64,000 bases of DNA, taken from the NCBI GenBank assembly GCA_046563655.1, contig CM102284.1:6758001-6822000 (forward strand), given 5' to 3'. This stretch comes from Yuukianura sp. NJ FZ-2021 (taxonomy: Eukaryota). Both the position numbers and the translations under genes were made by a program. A model generated the notes under the pieces. The model saw only the letters and a program-made list of their open reading frames with translations, was not told the origin of the DNA and did not search any database. Each line of letters begins with the position of its first letter. Position 1 is the stretch's first letter. Positions 1 through 14,590 of this stretch are shown piece after piece.

Positions 1-3000
1 CAAAGTGTTCGTCTCTAGAGACACATTAGGAAGAAAGTTGAGGTTAGGTTAGAAAGTTCTCTCTTCCAGAACCAACTTGTGTCCAATGACCTCCCCAACA
101 AATCTCCAGTCGTGGTCCAAAATGTAAACAACTCTACAACTTTCTCTTTACAAAATTTTTGGTTTTCAAAACCCGTCCTTTTCAAAATGTTCAAAATATA
201 CAAAGATATGCTCCAAAGGCATTGGAATTCAGCACATGACAAAACGCCCAGAGGTGCTGAAAGTACACGGTCTAAGCTCCCAACTTGATAAGGGCTTGTG
301 AAAGTTGACGTTTATGAAAAGCTTATGAGGATTTATCACTCGTTCCTTCTAGCTTTGAATACAAGTCCACTTTCTCCTTGTACCGGGAAAGTTATGATGA
401 CATTTGCCTAGTCTAAGCCTAAAACCTCAAAATTGGAACCTAACCTGAAATCCAAATAGGTTAGGTTCCCTATGCAGAGTTGCGTGAATTCTGGAAGGTG
501 AGGTAGGGAGCCTTTTATTGCTGTTCCATTATGCTTCCAGGAAGGCTTCAAGTCCTCTTTGGATATTCAGATCATGTCGAAGGATAGTCGTACTATCGAA
601 GTGCAAATATTGGCGTTTCACAATGAGCATCTCCGTTCACCGTTTCCAAAAGAAGCTTTGGCTTCTGAAGTGGTTTTCAAAAAATAGCGGTTATGTAAAC
701 TACATCTACAGCTTCTTTTCAGATATACAAAAGTGAAAAGTTACGCCAGGATTCTGAACTAAGAGTTGGATTTAGGTTAGAAATTTCGTTTTTGGAGAAA
801 GTATTTTTCGAAAAATCCAAATTTGAATAATCAAGTAAAAAATATAACCAGAAATTTTGTTAACTCTGTTTCTTTTTTGCAGCAGTGCGTAAGTGTATAA
901 AATATAAGTGAACGTGAGATGACTGCGATCAGGACAAAGTTCATATTTTACGTCACGTGTGTGCCTCGACTGTAAAAGTACGTTGGAACTTAGAAGAGAA
1001 AGCACATTGTAAGGAGTCAAAAGCATAAATCAAGGTGTCGCGCGTGAAAGTGGGAAGTGACCTGCGACTTTCTTTTTCTTCCAATTTCGAACAATGTCAA
1101 CGACATTCCTGAATTCAGAAGACCATGGAAGTGGAAAGTGAAAGGTGTGTGAGATCATGGGGAAGGAATTGGGCCTTGAAGAATTCAAAATTTTGAAAAA
1201 AGGATAAAAAAAAGTTCGAAAGCGGTGTAGGTTTAAGATCTTGCTTACTACGCACTATAACTCTGCTCCAAAGTATAGGAAATCACGCACTTTCACTTTC
1301 TTTCTTTTTTTTTTTGATAACTTTCTTTTTCTGAAATGACAAAGTGCTGCAAGATTCTACTGGAGTCTGGAGAAACTATGGACCCGGAGGGACGAATTAT
1401 TAAGGGAATTGACTGATTGAAAAATTTTGGAAACTAAACTTTGGAGGCAGTTCCCACTCTCTAAGGAACCGAACCCCCTTTTCATCAAACAAAGAGTTCA
1501 AATTAGAAAAGTTTTTCAAAAAACGAGGAGAAAAAACTTTGACAACTTGCTTTTGTGACAGGAAAGCTTCTTGAAAGCAAAAAAAGAACTTCCAAATCTA
1601 TCATTTCACAAAAAAGAGAAAGATGACAAGACAAAATTTGGCATTTTTCCCGAAAATTTATTCATTCCCGCTTTCTAAACAATTTTGAACAGGTACTACC
1701 ACATTCTTGTTCATTAAAAATCCAAATTTTGAAAAAAAAAATATTCAATCGTTTAAAAAAAGTGAAAGTGAAGAAATCTTCCGTCGATAATTTGGAAAAA
1801 ATGTGACTGAAATTTCTTTTCGATAATTTAGAGATGAGAAAGAAAGTTTTTTTTAGCAGAAACGAATGGCTGGACGCTTTAGGCTTTTGAACTGAAACTA
1901 AAAAGCGCAGAACTTAATTTATTTAAAATACTTTCTCTTCTTTTGCAAACACGAGCAAAAAAATTCATTTTTTGCTTGCTGTTTTTCCATTTTCTCCAGC
2001 CCGTTTTTCTCTCGTAAAATAGAAAGGAGGCAGAGGAGATTCATGACTTTGTAATAGATAGAAAACTTCTTCTTTTTCCCGTTCCTACGTGTACTGTATG
2101 CTCTTTTACGGTAGGTAGTCCCGCTTTCCATGTAATACAATCTCTCGTATACACACAATTTAGGATTCTCTTCAGGAGAGCATGTTTTCATTCCATTTCA
2201 ATCCCAACCAAATTTTCAAGTCGAAACCCCACCCGCTGTGAAATATTTCCAAAAAAGAAAAATAGAAGATACTACACTTACAACTTTCTATTTTGAAAAA
2301 GAAAAAAAACTGAAATTGCTTTTTCCTTGATCCCTGATTTTCCTATCGCCTAACCCAAAGCCTCATAGTCTCCTGAAACCAAAAGTCTACGGTTTTGGAA
2401 AACCTAATTAAAAATCGGCTTTTCAATACAAAAATCAAAGTTAAATTCCAAAAATAGAAAGTTTTCTAAAAACAGAAACTCGCAGTTTCTGCCCAATTAA
2501 CCAAATTACTGAGCGAGAGTTTTCAAAATGTCCTTTGAGGTTTGTCTTGTGAATCATAAAACGAGTCGATTATTCGATTCGTTTGCAGAAGCAGTAGGCT
2601 TTTTCAAGATTCAAAATTTTGAAAATTCAAAGAACTTTCCGTTCAATTTCCTTTAGGCCTAGAGAAAGCAACTCCTTGTGTTATAAAGTACGTACTTAAA
2701 ATGGAAATTAGTTTCAACAACATAGTAAGTCTTGTACCTTCTCTCACTAGTAAGTTGCATTTGGAAAGCATTTTGAAATTAGGAATTTTAGGAATTCGGA
2801 ACCACTTCTTCCAGTTATAGTTTGGTTAGGTTCTAAATCTTGTAGAGTCAAGAACACTACCCTCAAACCACCCAAAAACCGAATTGGCTTGGGCTACCGA
2901 CTGAGCAGTTTCTGAAGAATGTTCGGAAGGAGGAACTGGGGAAAGTTGTGGCCTTTTAAGCCCAAACTTTTACTTTTCTGCTCTATTTCCAAACGCAAAA

Positions 3001-6000
3001 CTTTTTTCTCTTTACTTTACTTTCAGCTGAGTAGCAAAAGGAAGTTTTTACGACGGAACTCGTTTGATATTAAAGTCAGAATAGGGGTCTGTGCACACTT
3101 CAAACAGCCCTTTTCCAGCACGTTTCGTTTCCTACGTCCCTTCATAAAAATAATCACATCACTACCACAGAGACTAAGGAAGTTCAAGAGGGACATTAGC
3201 AAGAGGTCAAAGGTCACAAGAAAACTGATTTTTTTCAATTTTTTTTTGTAATCTTTAACTTTGTAAGTCTGCAAATCGAAAGAGTTACCGTTCCTTGATT
3301 TTAGAATTTTGAAATTTGTGCAGCTGAAATGAGGAAGAGCCAAACGTCATGCTGTGGTCTTTCAAAAAATAGAACCACACCGATAGGCTGACAGAGCATT
3401 TGGTTGTTCCAGAATCTGCTGAGCACGTAGCAAGTCCCTTGACGCAGCGTCGGTGGAATGACAAATGACTAGAAAACTGTGGAAATGTAAATGGAAGGAT
3501 CACTTTTCTTTTGCTTTCACCTTCTCAAACTGTGACCTATCCTATTTCCAACGTCAGCGAAAGCTTCCAGCATATTGGACAAGGAGAAAAGTTTCATTCA
3601 AACGGAAAAACTACCATCCATCCATCCATCAACAGCTTTTTTGAAAAAAAAAACATCTTTTTGTTCTAAAGAAAAGAGAGAAAGTTTGAAACAAACCAGA
3701 CTGTTTCCGTCGATGAATTTGGTAAAGTTCAAATCCTTTGAAATTTTTAAACCAGTGTAATAAATCAAAAACGAATCGGAAATAGATTCTCTGCCGGAAT
3801 TATTCATTTTGGACAAAAAAAATGGTAAAAAAATTTACAATAAATATTGGTAAAAAAATACAGTTTGTGTGATGAAGGCTCGTTTTGATTGGAATTGAGT
3901 AGATTTTTAAAGAAAAACAAGGACGCGGACAGATGGTGAGAGTCATTAAAGCCTATTTGTTCGGGTTAGTGTAAATGTCTATCCAATTTTTGTGGACACA
4001 AGTCCTGGAGTTCCTGGAGCATGATGATGGAGTAGACGACACAACTTTCACTCCATCTGCCACCATTTTGAAAACCCGGGTATTTTTCTAGGCAGGATAT
4101 TTTACCACAATCTAACTTGTGCCAGCGTAACGTAAAAGCCAAATTACAATTCAGTGTTTCTCCATTTTCTATCTAGCTCTACTGCCTTTTAAACTCCAGT
4201 TTTGAAAACACCCAATTTGTACCAACTGGAGAGTTTTCAAACATGTTCAAACAGCCACCACCACCAGCAGCTCCTCTTCCATTTTAAATTCAAAAACTTG
4301 TTTGAAAACAAAGAGTTACTGCTTCCTTCCTCTCCTCTTCTCTGTTCATTTACATCTTAATGAAGTCCATTCTGTTGGCTTCCTAGCAACAGCACCACTT
4401 CCAGTACTCTTTGATTTTGGAACTTCAATTTTCCAAAGGAAAAGGCTTGAATTCAACTTCAGAAAATCAAAAAACAAAAAGCCCGGGTGAAAGTCTGGAC
4501 AAAACCGAGATCTCTTCCTTTTGAGTCCAGCAGGCTTTCGTAACCATAAACCCAAACCAACAAAGTTCCATTTCTGGATTTCCTAGAAGTTTTGAACTTT
4601 CAAAAGACTCTGGCACTAACTAGGGCTGGAAACGGAAGTGCTCTTGAAGCGTTCAGCTTCCTTCGTGTTGACCCGAGGCAGGAGGTTAATAATGCCAACG
4701 ACCGCTTTCGACACTGGAAGCGCTCCAGCCTCGGTTTTTGGCTCTCATCAAAATGGAAGAACGGGAATTGGATTAGCTGGAATCTCATTCCAGTCCGGAA
4801 ATAAGAATAAAACGGAAAGACACGAAGAAGGGGTTACTGTATTTCAAAATGCTCGAGGCTGTGAGAATGCTTTGGAACGTTAGGTTGTTAGGTTAACTCT
4901 TCCTGAAGAGCCGCTAACTTAAGTAACCTAATATAAAGTGAAAGCATTCCATACAAAAGCGATCGAAATTACGAAAACTTAGTTTTTCTAACTTTCTTTT
5001 TGAATTCGCACAACTTTAGTAGCAATTTCCCATTTCAGAAGAAGACGTATCTAAACGTTTGCATTTTGTTGCCGCAAATTTCCTATGAAAAATTCAGCAG
5101 CGGATTTGTTCACCAAAAATTGCAACTGCAAAACAGATTTTTCGTTTTCAAGTTTTTTGGTTCGAAAAGACTCATTGTTGTAAATTGGATTTTTTCTCTA
5201 ACAAAAATAGAAAAATTATTTTGAAAAGGAAAGGTTCAAAAAATTTGTAGGAAAATTTTTTCGCGTTTTTCTTGTAAGCTGTGCTTTCTCTGCGCTCTTC
5301 ATTGTAATGTCTCGTTCTTTTTTTTTACACAAAACTTTCAATTCATCATGCACATAGAAAATCCACATTTTCTCTCTCTTTTCTTTCAAAGACTTAAAAC
5401 CTTAATCCACCTTTCCAAAAACGAAATTCTTCTTCGAAAGAGTTTTTTCTCAGTAGGTTTTTCTTGCTTTCCAACGTGTTCCATGTTCAGAATACTTTCA
5501 CTTTGAAATCATTTTCACTTTTCCCAAGTTTCAAATAAACTTTTTCCCTGTTTGTCTTCCTTTCCTGTTCTAAGCTCCTTTTCCCTCCAACTTTCTCGTA
5601 TTATAGCGATAGGCTCCCTACGACTTAAAAACTCCCGCTCTCCGTTAGTTCTACTCTCTAAGGAATATTTTATGATCTTGATTTTTTATATCGAAGGGTA
5701 TCCATCATGCGTGTACCAAGCTCATTGTTCTCCTTATCCCACGATACTTATCCTTTATCTTTACAACGATACTTTCTAACAGTACTGCTACTTTCCCCTA
5801 ATCTAAAGTTAACCTCGTTAAGCTTACACTCAGTTTTTTTCCCAGTTTTTGATGTAAAGTGCTTCCAAAGGCTTCTTTGAACTTTGAAAAACTGTACTTT
5901 TCTTGACTTTCTTGGACTTTGAAAAAACTTGTACTTTTTTTTGGTTTTGGGTTTTTGAACTTTGAAAAAATGGAGAAAGTGAGCCAAGAAAAAATTGGAG

Positions 6001-9000
6001 GAAGGATGTACACGAGGATGGGAGACAAGCGATCAATAACTGGCTCAAAACCTTTTCCCTCTGTACTACTATGTCATTATGGAGCAAGCAACCCGCATTC
6101 AGCATGAACTTTCCCTTTTTGAAACTTCCCTCTCTCGCTCTTATGAGGTCCTTCTGGACATGGACTAACACAGCCTAACTTTTGGTTGTTTTCATGCTTT
6201 AGCATAAACGATGGGAACGGAACATGCTATGGACTCGTTTACAATGGTTATTGAACCCTGGGCTCTCTAGAAAGAAAGAAGTAAGGGAAAACAAAGAAGG
6301 GCGGAGGGAAGTGAATTATACAGACAAATAATGCTAAACAAAAACAAAACAAAAGCAAAACTTTCACTTTTCAGAAAAATCGAGACAGAAAATTCAAAAT
6401 TCAAAATTTCTTGGTTACAGGCATGCAGACATGTTGTTCAATAATGATTTGTGGATAAAAGGCTAAGGTGCTACAAAGATCTTCAAAATTGTTGAAATAA
6501 TTTTTGTCAATTTCCTAGAAATTATTTCTGATGTCAGAAAGTACATGAAATTTTCCGTTTTTGTAAACAAGGGGTGTAAAATTTAATATTTTTGTGCACA
6601 AGAAGTGTAAAATTTTCCACTTTTTAGGCAAGAGGGGTGTAGAAATTTGCAATTTTGTACACAAATAATTTCAAAATTCGTCTTTTACATAAATCGTATG
6701 AGAGATTCTTTCTTTTTATCGAAGAATTTCAAATTTATGGTCTTTCCGCACGAATTTGAGGTTTAAGTTTTTACCTTATGATGAATTACTGGATTTGATT
6801 TCAATTCCAAAATTAGGCATAGCATGAGTGCTAAAACTGAAGCACGAAAACCGTAAAGTGTTAAAACTGAAACCAAAATTCAATTATTAAACTTTGTATA
6901 AATTAATTATGAAAAGCACTTTACACAATTGAATTTACACTCCCACTTCTCCCAAACACAAACATCATTGTTTAGTTAATAAAACCTTAGTTCAATTCCT
7001 TTTTTTATGTAAATGATGCAACTTTGATGTAACTAAACAATTGTGTAACTGTCCATATGTTATGTGCTTTCACCGGGGAACTCAGCACTGTAAGTTTTGT
7101 AACTTTTACAGCAAGGGACTCGAGTGTACTAGGAGTAGGCGGAGAAAGCAGCCGCTGTCCCTCGCTCTCCCGCTGGAACTGTGTGTTTCCAGGACTGACG
7201 GTTCCGTTCCAGCTCCAAGCTGGGTTCCAGCACCACCAAGCTGCCAGGAGCCAACAAAAACCCCGAAATTCGGAGCGGAGTGAGAGAGACCCACTATTTA
7301 GGCAAGCACACGGAAAAACCAGAGGCAGAAAAGATCAGATCCGAAGATTCCATTCGTCGTTTCGGAAGAAGAAAACAAGCCGTCCAGGAAATAATAGGGA
7401 TCTTGCCATCTCCTGGAGAAAGTCCCACGCTTTCATCTCCCACCCTCACGACTCTCTTGTCTACACTTCCAGCATTATAAAACAGCCTCCACTGTTCCCA
7501 CTTTTACCGCCAAAACCCAAAAAATACTGCTTTTGGTTGATGAAAATTTGAAACTTCTTTGAGGTTAGGTTAGGAATAAAGGAGTGAAAGCGGCAGGAAA
7601 AGGCGTTAATTTTTCATTGGAATTAGAAGAAAGCGTTGCTTTTGGCTCCTTTACTTTCTTCAGCGTGTCTCTATAACCCTGCTGGAAAAAGAGATCTACC
7701 ACTGATTTTCTTTTGCCTTTAGCCCGGAAGAAACTGGTGAAAGACAAAGTCCGGGTGAAAACTGCTTCCAGAATACTAAAAAAGGGAATGGATCCACTTT
7801 CACTTTGAAGTCTACTTCTAGAACTAGGAAGAAGGAGAACTTACATGAGGACGAAAAGCTAAGAGAGCCACTGCAAACCTTAAAGCGGAAGATAATGAGG
7901 ACCGTGTTTCTGTTTCCCTATTGTGCTTTCCCCTCTTTTCTCTCCGTGTGCCATAAAAAAATAGAAAAAAAGAGAACAAAGAAATTGGGCTGGAAGGTGA
8001 AAAGGAAAAGAGGGTGTAACTATGACTTTGGTGTTGAAATGGAAGTTTCAACAGACACGGTAGTGCCAGTCAGAGAGCTAGTTTTGACTTTACTCAGGCA
8101 AAAAAAGCAGGAAAGTGAACCTTCACTTCCGAAACGTCATGTTTTGAAGTGATGAAACGAAAGGAATCGGATTTTCCTGGAATTCGGGCTATTTTCAGCA
8201 TGTCGATGTCAAAATTTCAAAGAAGAATCGAAAGAAAAGTAAACAAAATTTCGATGTAGGCGCAAAAACCGTGAAAACAGCTTACACAAAAAATAAAAAG
8301 GCCAAAATAAGATACAATTTAACACCATTTTGATTAGGAAATTTTTGAAGGTACGAGTTTTTCGGAAAATATAAAAAGTTTCATTTAAGAGATAATGGGT
8401 GGTTATTTTTGAAATTTGACCAAAATGGTGAAAGTAATACAAAGAAATTTCAAAAGTAACGAGGCTATTAACTTTCTCCAGAAAAAAAGTACAATGCTTT
8501 CTACTTTCTCTTTTCGAAAATTTTCTTTTTCCAACCCAAAATGTTTTCTTTTTCCAATTATCCGCCGTAAGCTGCACACTTTTGGATATCGATTACTCAA
8601 TTTTCTTTTTCCAAAGTTTTATGACATATATCATGTCTCAATTTGATACAAAAGGCTTCAGGGTAGTTCCAGCCCTCAAAATTTCTTTTCTTAGACACTG
8701 AAGACGTTAATTGTAGTAAGTTGGCTGAAACTCTTTTTCCTGTTGGCAAAACTTAATGGGGTCTGGAAGGAGAAGATAATCGCTTTCTCCATCTATTTGT
8801 TCTTCACGTCCAGGAACTTTCTCTTATGGACTCTTCAACTTCCCATTTTCTGCGTCTTAATTACTAAAGCCCGCTTTAAGACAGAACCTCCAGTTTTCGG
8901 AATTTGACAGGAGAGACATGAGATCCTGAGCAAACGGTGTCTCTTTGTGCAATTCTGCAGGAGAGAAAGAGAAATGTTTAGCTCCCAACATTTGTTTATG

Positions 9001-9589
9001 TTCCGTAGAAGTGGTTATTCGCATAACGTTGCAGGGGAGAAAGGCGTTGGACGGGGGATCGCTTCCCAGTTTGGGCAAAGTGAGCTACAGCTGTTGGTAG
9101 CCATTTGAGACAGGAGCATGAAATACTTTTATTCATTCCATGCTCCTTTCCCTTCGTCTCAGAATGAGGGCTGCCTTTCTGTACTTTCTCCGGCAGAAAT
9201 GCTTGGAGTTGGAGCTTTCCCTATCTTGTGGAATCCAGAACTGTGCTTCTGCTACTGCTGGATCGATGAGCTAGACCAACAGTACTGGAAGACACATGAC
9301 ACAAGGCTTTCTATGCTTTCCCTGACTCTCCTGGAAAGAAAAAAAAAGTGTTTTATGAGAATGGTAAGTGCTTACTGGCTCATTTCAGAGCTATTGGACC
9401 GGTTATGAAAGTATATAATGACCAATGCGAAGAGGACACTTTCACCAACCTTTAAGAAGCTGAGGCGTTAGTCTCAAATTTCTGGAAATAAAAATCCGAG
9501 CAATCCTGGAAATTGTTATGGCCGTAACCAGGCAAATCCTACCAGAAAATTTCCTGTGGCTGGAAAAATTAGAAACTGAACAAGAAAAC

Positions 9590-9895
9590 TAAAAATGTGT
9601 CTTGCTAGATTACGACGCCGGATTAAAATAAATTATTTTCTTACGTGCTATTAAAAATGGGAATGCGAGATAAGTGACGTCACAAAGTCAGAGTGACTGA
9701 CGTCACAAAAATGTTGAAAAAAGGCGAGAACCTTTTTGCTCCGCATAATCCCCGCATAGCATCCGGCCAAAATCGAGGGTCCACTTTTTGGATAGCAGTC
9801 TGCACGACACGCAAAAATCAACACACATCACACTGTGACTTTGTAGCAACCGACACTCACTGTCTACCGAGTCTGCATCATATTATTTTTCACGT
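9590..9895 (+). repeat. Dispersed repeat family, copy 1 (unclassified, probably a non-autonomous element)
   Basis: Shares the core ccggccaaaatcgagggtccactttttggatagcagtctgcacgac, two tgacgtca palindromes and the cactcactg block with five other copies in the window. Boundaries approximate. Confidence 0.85.
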
Positions 9896-10588
9896 GATGT
9901 TCAAACGATGAGATTTCTGCAATCTATCAATAATTGATAAATTAATAATTAAATAAATAATTGAGAAATTAATTAAAATTTTTTGTAATATTTCACGTAT
10001 TTCGACGACATTTTTTTTTGAACACGCACTTTTAGAACTTGGCTATATTTAAATATCCCACGTCTATAGTTTTTGGTAAAACTTTAAAAAAAATCGAAAA
10101 ATCAGCAAGAGATTTCGGATTTCTAAATTGAAAATAAAAACAAGTATATGATCAAAATTTAGATTCTTAAAAACTTGAAAACAGGGTAAAAAACTAAAAG
10201 AATTCAAAAAGAGTTCATGTTATAACTTTTGATTCAACAGCGTTAAACGAAATGTTATTATTCCGGAGTGTATGGTTTGGCTTTTATTTTTAAAATTGTG
10301 GAAAGAGTGAGCGTGTAATAGTTGTAAGATTATTGCCGACGAAACAACCAATTTTTAAAATTTGAACACGCGTGCTAATTTCCAAAAGAAAAAAGTTTTG
10401 CTACTCTTTTAAACATTTTAAATTAAAACGAATTTTAAAAAGAGTAATTTAAAAGTTGTGATGTTTTCGTGTGTAGTTAGTCACACGGTTAGTTAAAACT
10501 TTAGATTCGAATTCCTAAAAAGACGTTAGTAAGAATGGCACAACACGTAATTTCCAGTGCAACATTGCTTGAAATGTGCGTAGTTTAG

Positions 10589-12177
10589 TTATTTGTGCTT
10601 GGACAAGTTGAGATTCACGTCCTTGGTGTGAAACAGTTCGAACATCAACTCAGGGTACTGCAGCGTAAAGGCTTTGAACCGTTGCGAATCAGCGAGAAGG
10701 CTGTCACGATTACTGTGAAAACAATTAAAAGTTTAGAATTTCAGTTTTAGAAAGTTCAAAATGTCGTGTGTAAGAATAACTTACCTGAGAATCAAATTTT
10801 TGGCCATTTGGACCAAAACTTTTCCGTTGCACTTGGTTCCGACAGTGTACATCTCCGTGGCGTTGTCAATGTTGATCTTGGTAGCCAAATGCCGTTCGCA
10901 CATCAGATGAAGGTCAGTGACCAAGTATTTGTCGGCAGCCCAGAACAAGAGCTTGACTGAATCTTCAAAATCTTCCACTTCTCCGGTGTACATGAATCGT
11001 AGGACTTCCTTGAACAAGTATGGGTCACAATCTGTGATGTTGATGGCACCTTGGTTGTCAGTAATGTCTTGCAGTGAAGAGAGAAACAGATTCGCAAAGT
11101 AACTGCTCCGTGCTGAAATCGACATAAGACGATGGGTCATACTAACTGTAATTGTGAAGATTTTTTTTTGTAGATGTTGAGTTTTACCAGCTAGGACGAG
11201 ACGATGAGCCGGGAACTCCTGGTCTGCACATCTAATGCGAATGTCTGACAGTGTCGGGGACAAAAACAATGGTTTCGTGTCCATGAGGCCTCGATGGGAA
11301 TGAAAAGGCATGAGAAAGTCGTTGTCTGATGATTCGACCAGGAACTTCATCGGTTTATCTGGAATCATCAACAACAAAGTTGAGTAACAGGTTAGATATT
11401 AAACTTACGGAATGATTGATTGGCCACTTACACTCCCGTCGCACGATATCCATAGTAAATCGGAGTTCAGTGACCTTGTCCGTCCATGTACTGGAGTTGT
11501 CATACGTGTCTCCTGCCCACATCCAGTACTTGTAGTTTTGATACTTCCGTATCCCAAATTCATAATCACATTCTTTGGTAGCTGGTCCCATTGACTTGAC
11601 CTCTCGTTCCGAGGGCGAGTAATCCAGTCCATCAGAGGCACTGATGAATCGAACTCGGAAATTGGTCACATTAACTTCCTCGTTTGGTTGAGATGACAGG
11701 CAAACAAAGATAAAAATGTCCAGCACTTGTGGATCCGAGCTACTCGAGGCCATTGGTTGGTACTCGTAGGGGTTGAATGGCTTCGGAGATTCCGCCTTTG
11801 ACAACACATTTGGTTTGGCAAAGTACAATTTCCTGGAATGTATGAATAACAAATTACTTCCTTGTCAAAATACATCAACAAAGACTGTTATTCCAGAAAT
11901 AAACTTACACTGAATGCTGCACATTAAACAGGATTCCAGTTGAGAAACTGATGTCCTGACCTGCGACCTTGAGATTCTGCTTATTCAAGTGGTCAACAAT
12001 CTCACTGCGTGGGGGAACTTTGACGGAGAAAATATACGTATCGTCTTCCTTGGTCCCGCACTAATGAAACAAAAAACACGGTTTCAATTAGACTAAATGT
12101 ATCCTTAAAATTTCAAACGAATCGATTGATGAATTCAGTAACCTTACCTCCAGCCTGAAATGTTTGATCTCAGCCAT
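10589..12177 (-). CDS. SPOP/roadkill-like BTB(-BACK) protein with a divergent N-terminal region
   Basis: Six in-frame GT-AG exons: 12177-12148, 12060-11909, 11832-11432, 11358-11188, 11112-10785, 10712-10589. BTB motifs SDIRIRCADQEFPAHRLVLAARSSYF, ITDCDPYLFKEVLRFMYTG and AADKY...LHLMCE; SPOP-like C-terminus YPELMFELF. Confidence 0.85.
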
Positions 12178-13291
12178 TCGACCTGCCTGAACCGAACCTT
12201 AACCTGTGTTGGGACTGGGAGTTAGGGAAGTCACGTCAAATTGGAGATTTCGTATCCGTATATAAGTGTTTCGCTCGCCACCGACGGTACTGCTTGACCT
12301 ATGAGGTGTGATTGATGATATGATAAAAGTAAATGACAGGAAATTGAATACTTATTAAACAACATGATTATGAGAATAGCTTACTGAAATTCGCAAACTA
12401 CCTTACCTTAGACAGGTCAAAGACAGAGTGTACACGAATTGATCAGGGCAGTGACCCGAGGTGGATTAACCGGTGATTCTGTCAGTAGCTGTTTCCTTCT
12501 GGGATGAAACTAATGCAGTTTCCAGTGATTATCCACTGACTGAATGAAGTTTTCAACGATAACACAGCTGAAAGATTAATCTAGATTCTCTAAAACACTA
12601 CGTTTTATGTTGTGTGTGTTGAATCACCTGGACTATAGATGACGTCATTTGTTGTGGTGTGACGTACTTAGTAGACCACTTAAGTGGGCGTCAACATCCT
12701 TCGAAGACGCTTAAGAACACGCTTATCCCAATGAAAAAACTACTATTTTCAAAAATTCATCAAAATTTTGAACATCAATTTAAACACAAGTGATACTAAA
12801 ATTTCAAACATGCTTTTAGACACACTGACCTTAAACCCCTTTTATTTTCATCGAATCGTAGAACCTAACTTATTGGTAAGTACTTACGTCTAGTATCACA
12901 TGATTTGGAAATGATTCATCTACTACTTCCATAAGTTCTTGTAAACAACCAAAAACGTTGAAATAGGTTGGTTTTCGAAACGAAAAATGTTTAATTTTGG
13001 CATGAATTTAGAATGCTATCATTTTTCCGATCCAGTTGTTACCTTCTCCGTGTTATTGTATTCTCATGTCCCTGAATTAGATTTGCAAAATACAAAATAA
13101 AACCTTCATCTGAAACATATTTCAGGAAATTGGAATTTAGAATTTTGATTTCAAACTGTTGCTTTAAAAATCTAGTTAATTTTGAAGTTAAAATTTGAGG
13201 AAGTGATGGCGAATCTTAATAAAAACAGAGGTCGAAATGCTTCAGATTATTGGAAACGTGAAATCCAAAGTTTTCGAATAGTAGTTTCAAA

Positions 13292-14027
13292 ATGCGTTTT
13301 GCTTTAATTTTTTGTGCACTTGCAATTAGTAAACATCTACTAATTGTTCTCTGCGTAAGTAGTTTCAAGAAATTTTCTAAATCTAAATAAGTTTAGAAAT
13401 AACAAATCCTATCTAGGAATTTTGTTCTAAAATTTTAAAGTTTGCATTTTACTTTTTTTCTGAATCTACAGTTACCTAACGAAAATGACTCGGGTGAACC
13501 GCTCTTTATCAAGGAAGCAAGTAAGGATTATGGTTTCAAAATTCTGTAGTATTTCCAGGCCACCAAATTTTGAAAAATCTTGAAATTTGAAATTTCACTT
13601 TCGACATATTTTCTAAATCAAAATCCTTCGAATTCTAGGAAACTTTGGTGGGATTTTGGGAGGTGGGACCGGTATAGGAGGCGGTGGATTTCCTGGAATT
13701 GGCGGTGGATCCAACATAAGATTTTACAAGTTGAATGTGCCTACAAAACCACCCGGTACACAAACAACAACAACAACAACAACAAAAGCACCCCTTACCA
13801 AAGAACTCTGTTGCAAACATATGTGCGCTGATTCTTGCAATGATGCCGATGGAGCTGATCCTGCCCAACATTGTCTAGTTGGAGGAAGTCCTACAGCTGG
13901 AACACCATGTGTAAACAGTGCCAAATACCCAGAATGTAAAACATTCGCAGAAAAGCTTAATGATCCTAACTGTAAATCGGATACGGGCTCATGTCCAGCT
14001 GATGAAACAATGGTCTGTCCAAAATAA
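13292..14027 (+). CDS. Small secreted Gly-rich/Thr-rich/10-Cys protein (~166 aa), family not recognised
   Basis: Exons 13292-13354 (signal-like MRFALIFCALAISKHLLIVLC), 13472-13520 and 13639-14027 join in frame through canonical gtaag...ag introns. Confidence 0.75.
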
Positions 14028-14590
14028 TTTTCTTACGTGAAATTAGAATTTTGTGTTTCAAAATTATATAAAAATTATGACAAATTGCTTTTATTGTTAA
14101 AAACAAAATTGGATCTTCAAAGGAAGCTTTTCTTTTGATAATTTTATGCGTAAACACGATGTTCATTCCTGAGCTTATATTTTTAGAGCATTTAGGATTT
14201 TAATGTTAATTAGTAAACTCATGATTCAAAAATCGGCTCGTGTTAATCAATCTCCTACTTTTAGCTGCTTCATCCCGCCCATTTATACTAAATTTTGAAA
14301 TTTTGAAATTTTTCCAAATATTTTTAAAATTAGGAAAGTAATAGCAGGTATTTTAGAACAGATTTGATTCAGACGCATTTTGACCTTTGACCTTTCGTTC
14401 ACCCCGCTCAGTAATACCACAACATGGTGACTAATCGATAATGTCAAAATTTCAACAATGGAATGGAGAATGGAACCTGTTGCACTGACGCGACGAAGAG
14501 TCAGGTGAATTTGCACAAGTGAAATTTTTGCATCTTCTCCTTCACGTGCAAAAACAAGTCCAAAATCATACGGCGTGTCAAGACTTGGCC

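Noticed and set aside
6555-6665. Degenerate ~30-bp repeats (caag..gtgtaaaattt)
   Set aside because: Three or four decayed minisatellite units with no unique spacers; not CRISPR-like.
41-7574. Short TTAGG-like tracts (41, 458, 771, 7562)
   Set aside because: Only 2-3 units each, too short to call telomeric repeats.
1-9500. Many 60-160 aa ORFs, including the GC-richer 7041-7551 cluster and a tiny spliceable minus-strand ORF near 9250-9383
   Set aside because: No recognisable domain, compositions typical of AT-rich non-coding DNA, and no convincing exon chain. Probably intronic or regulatory DNA of a gene outside the window.
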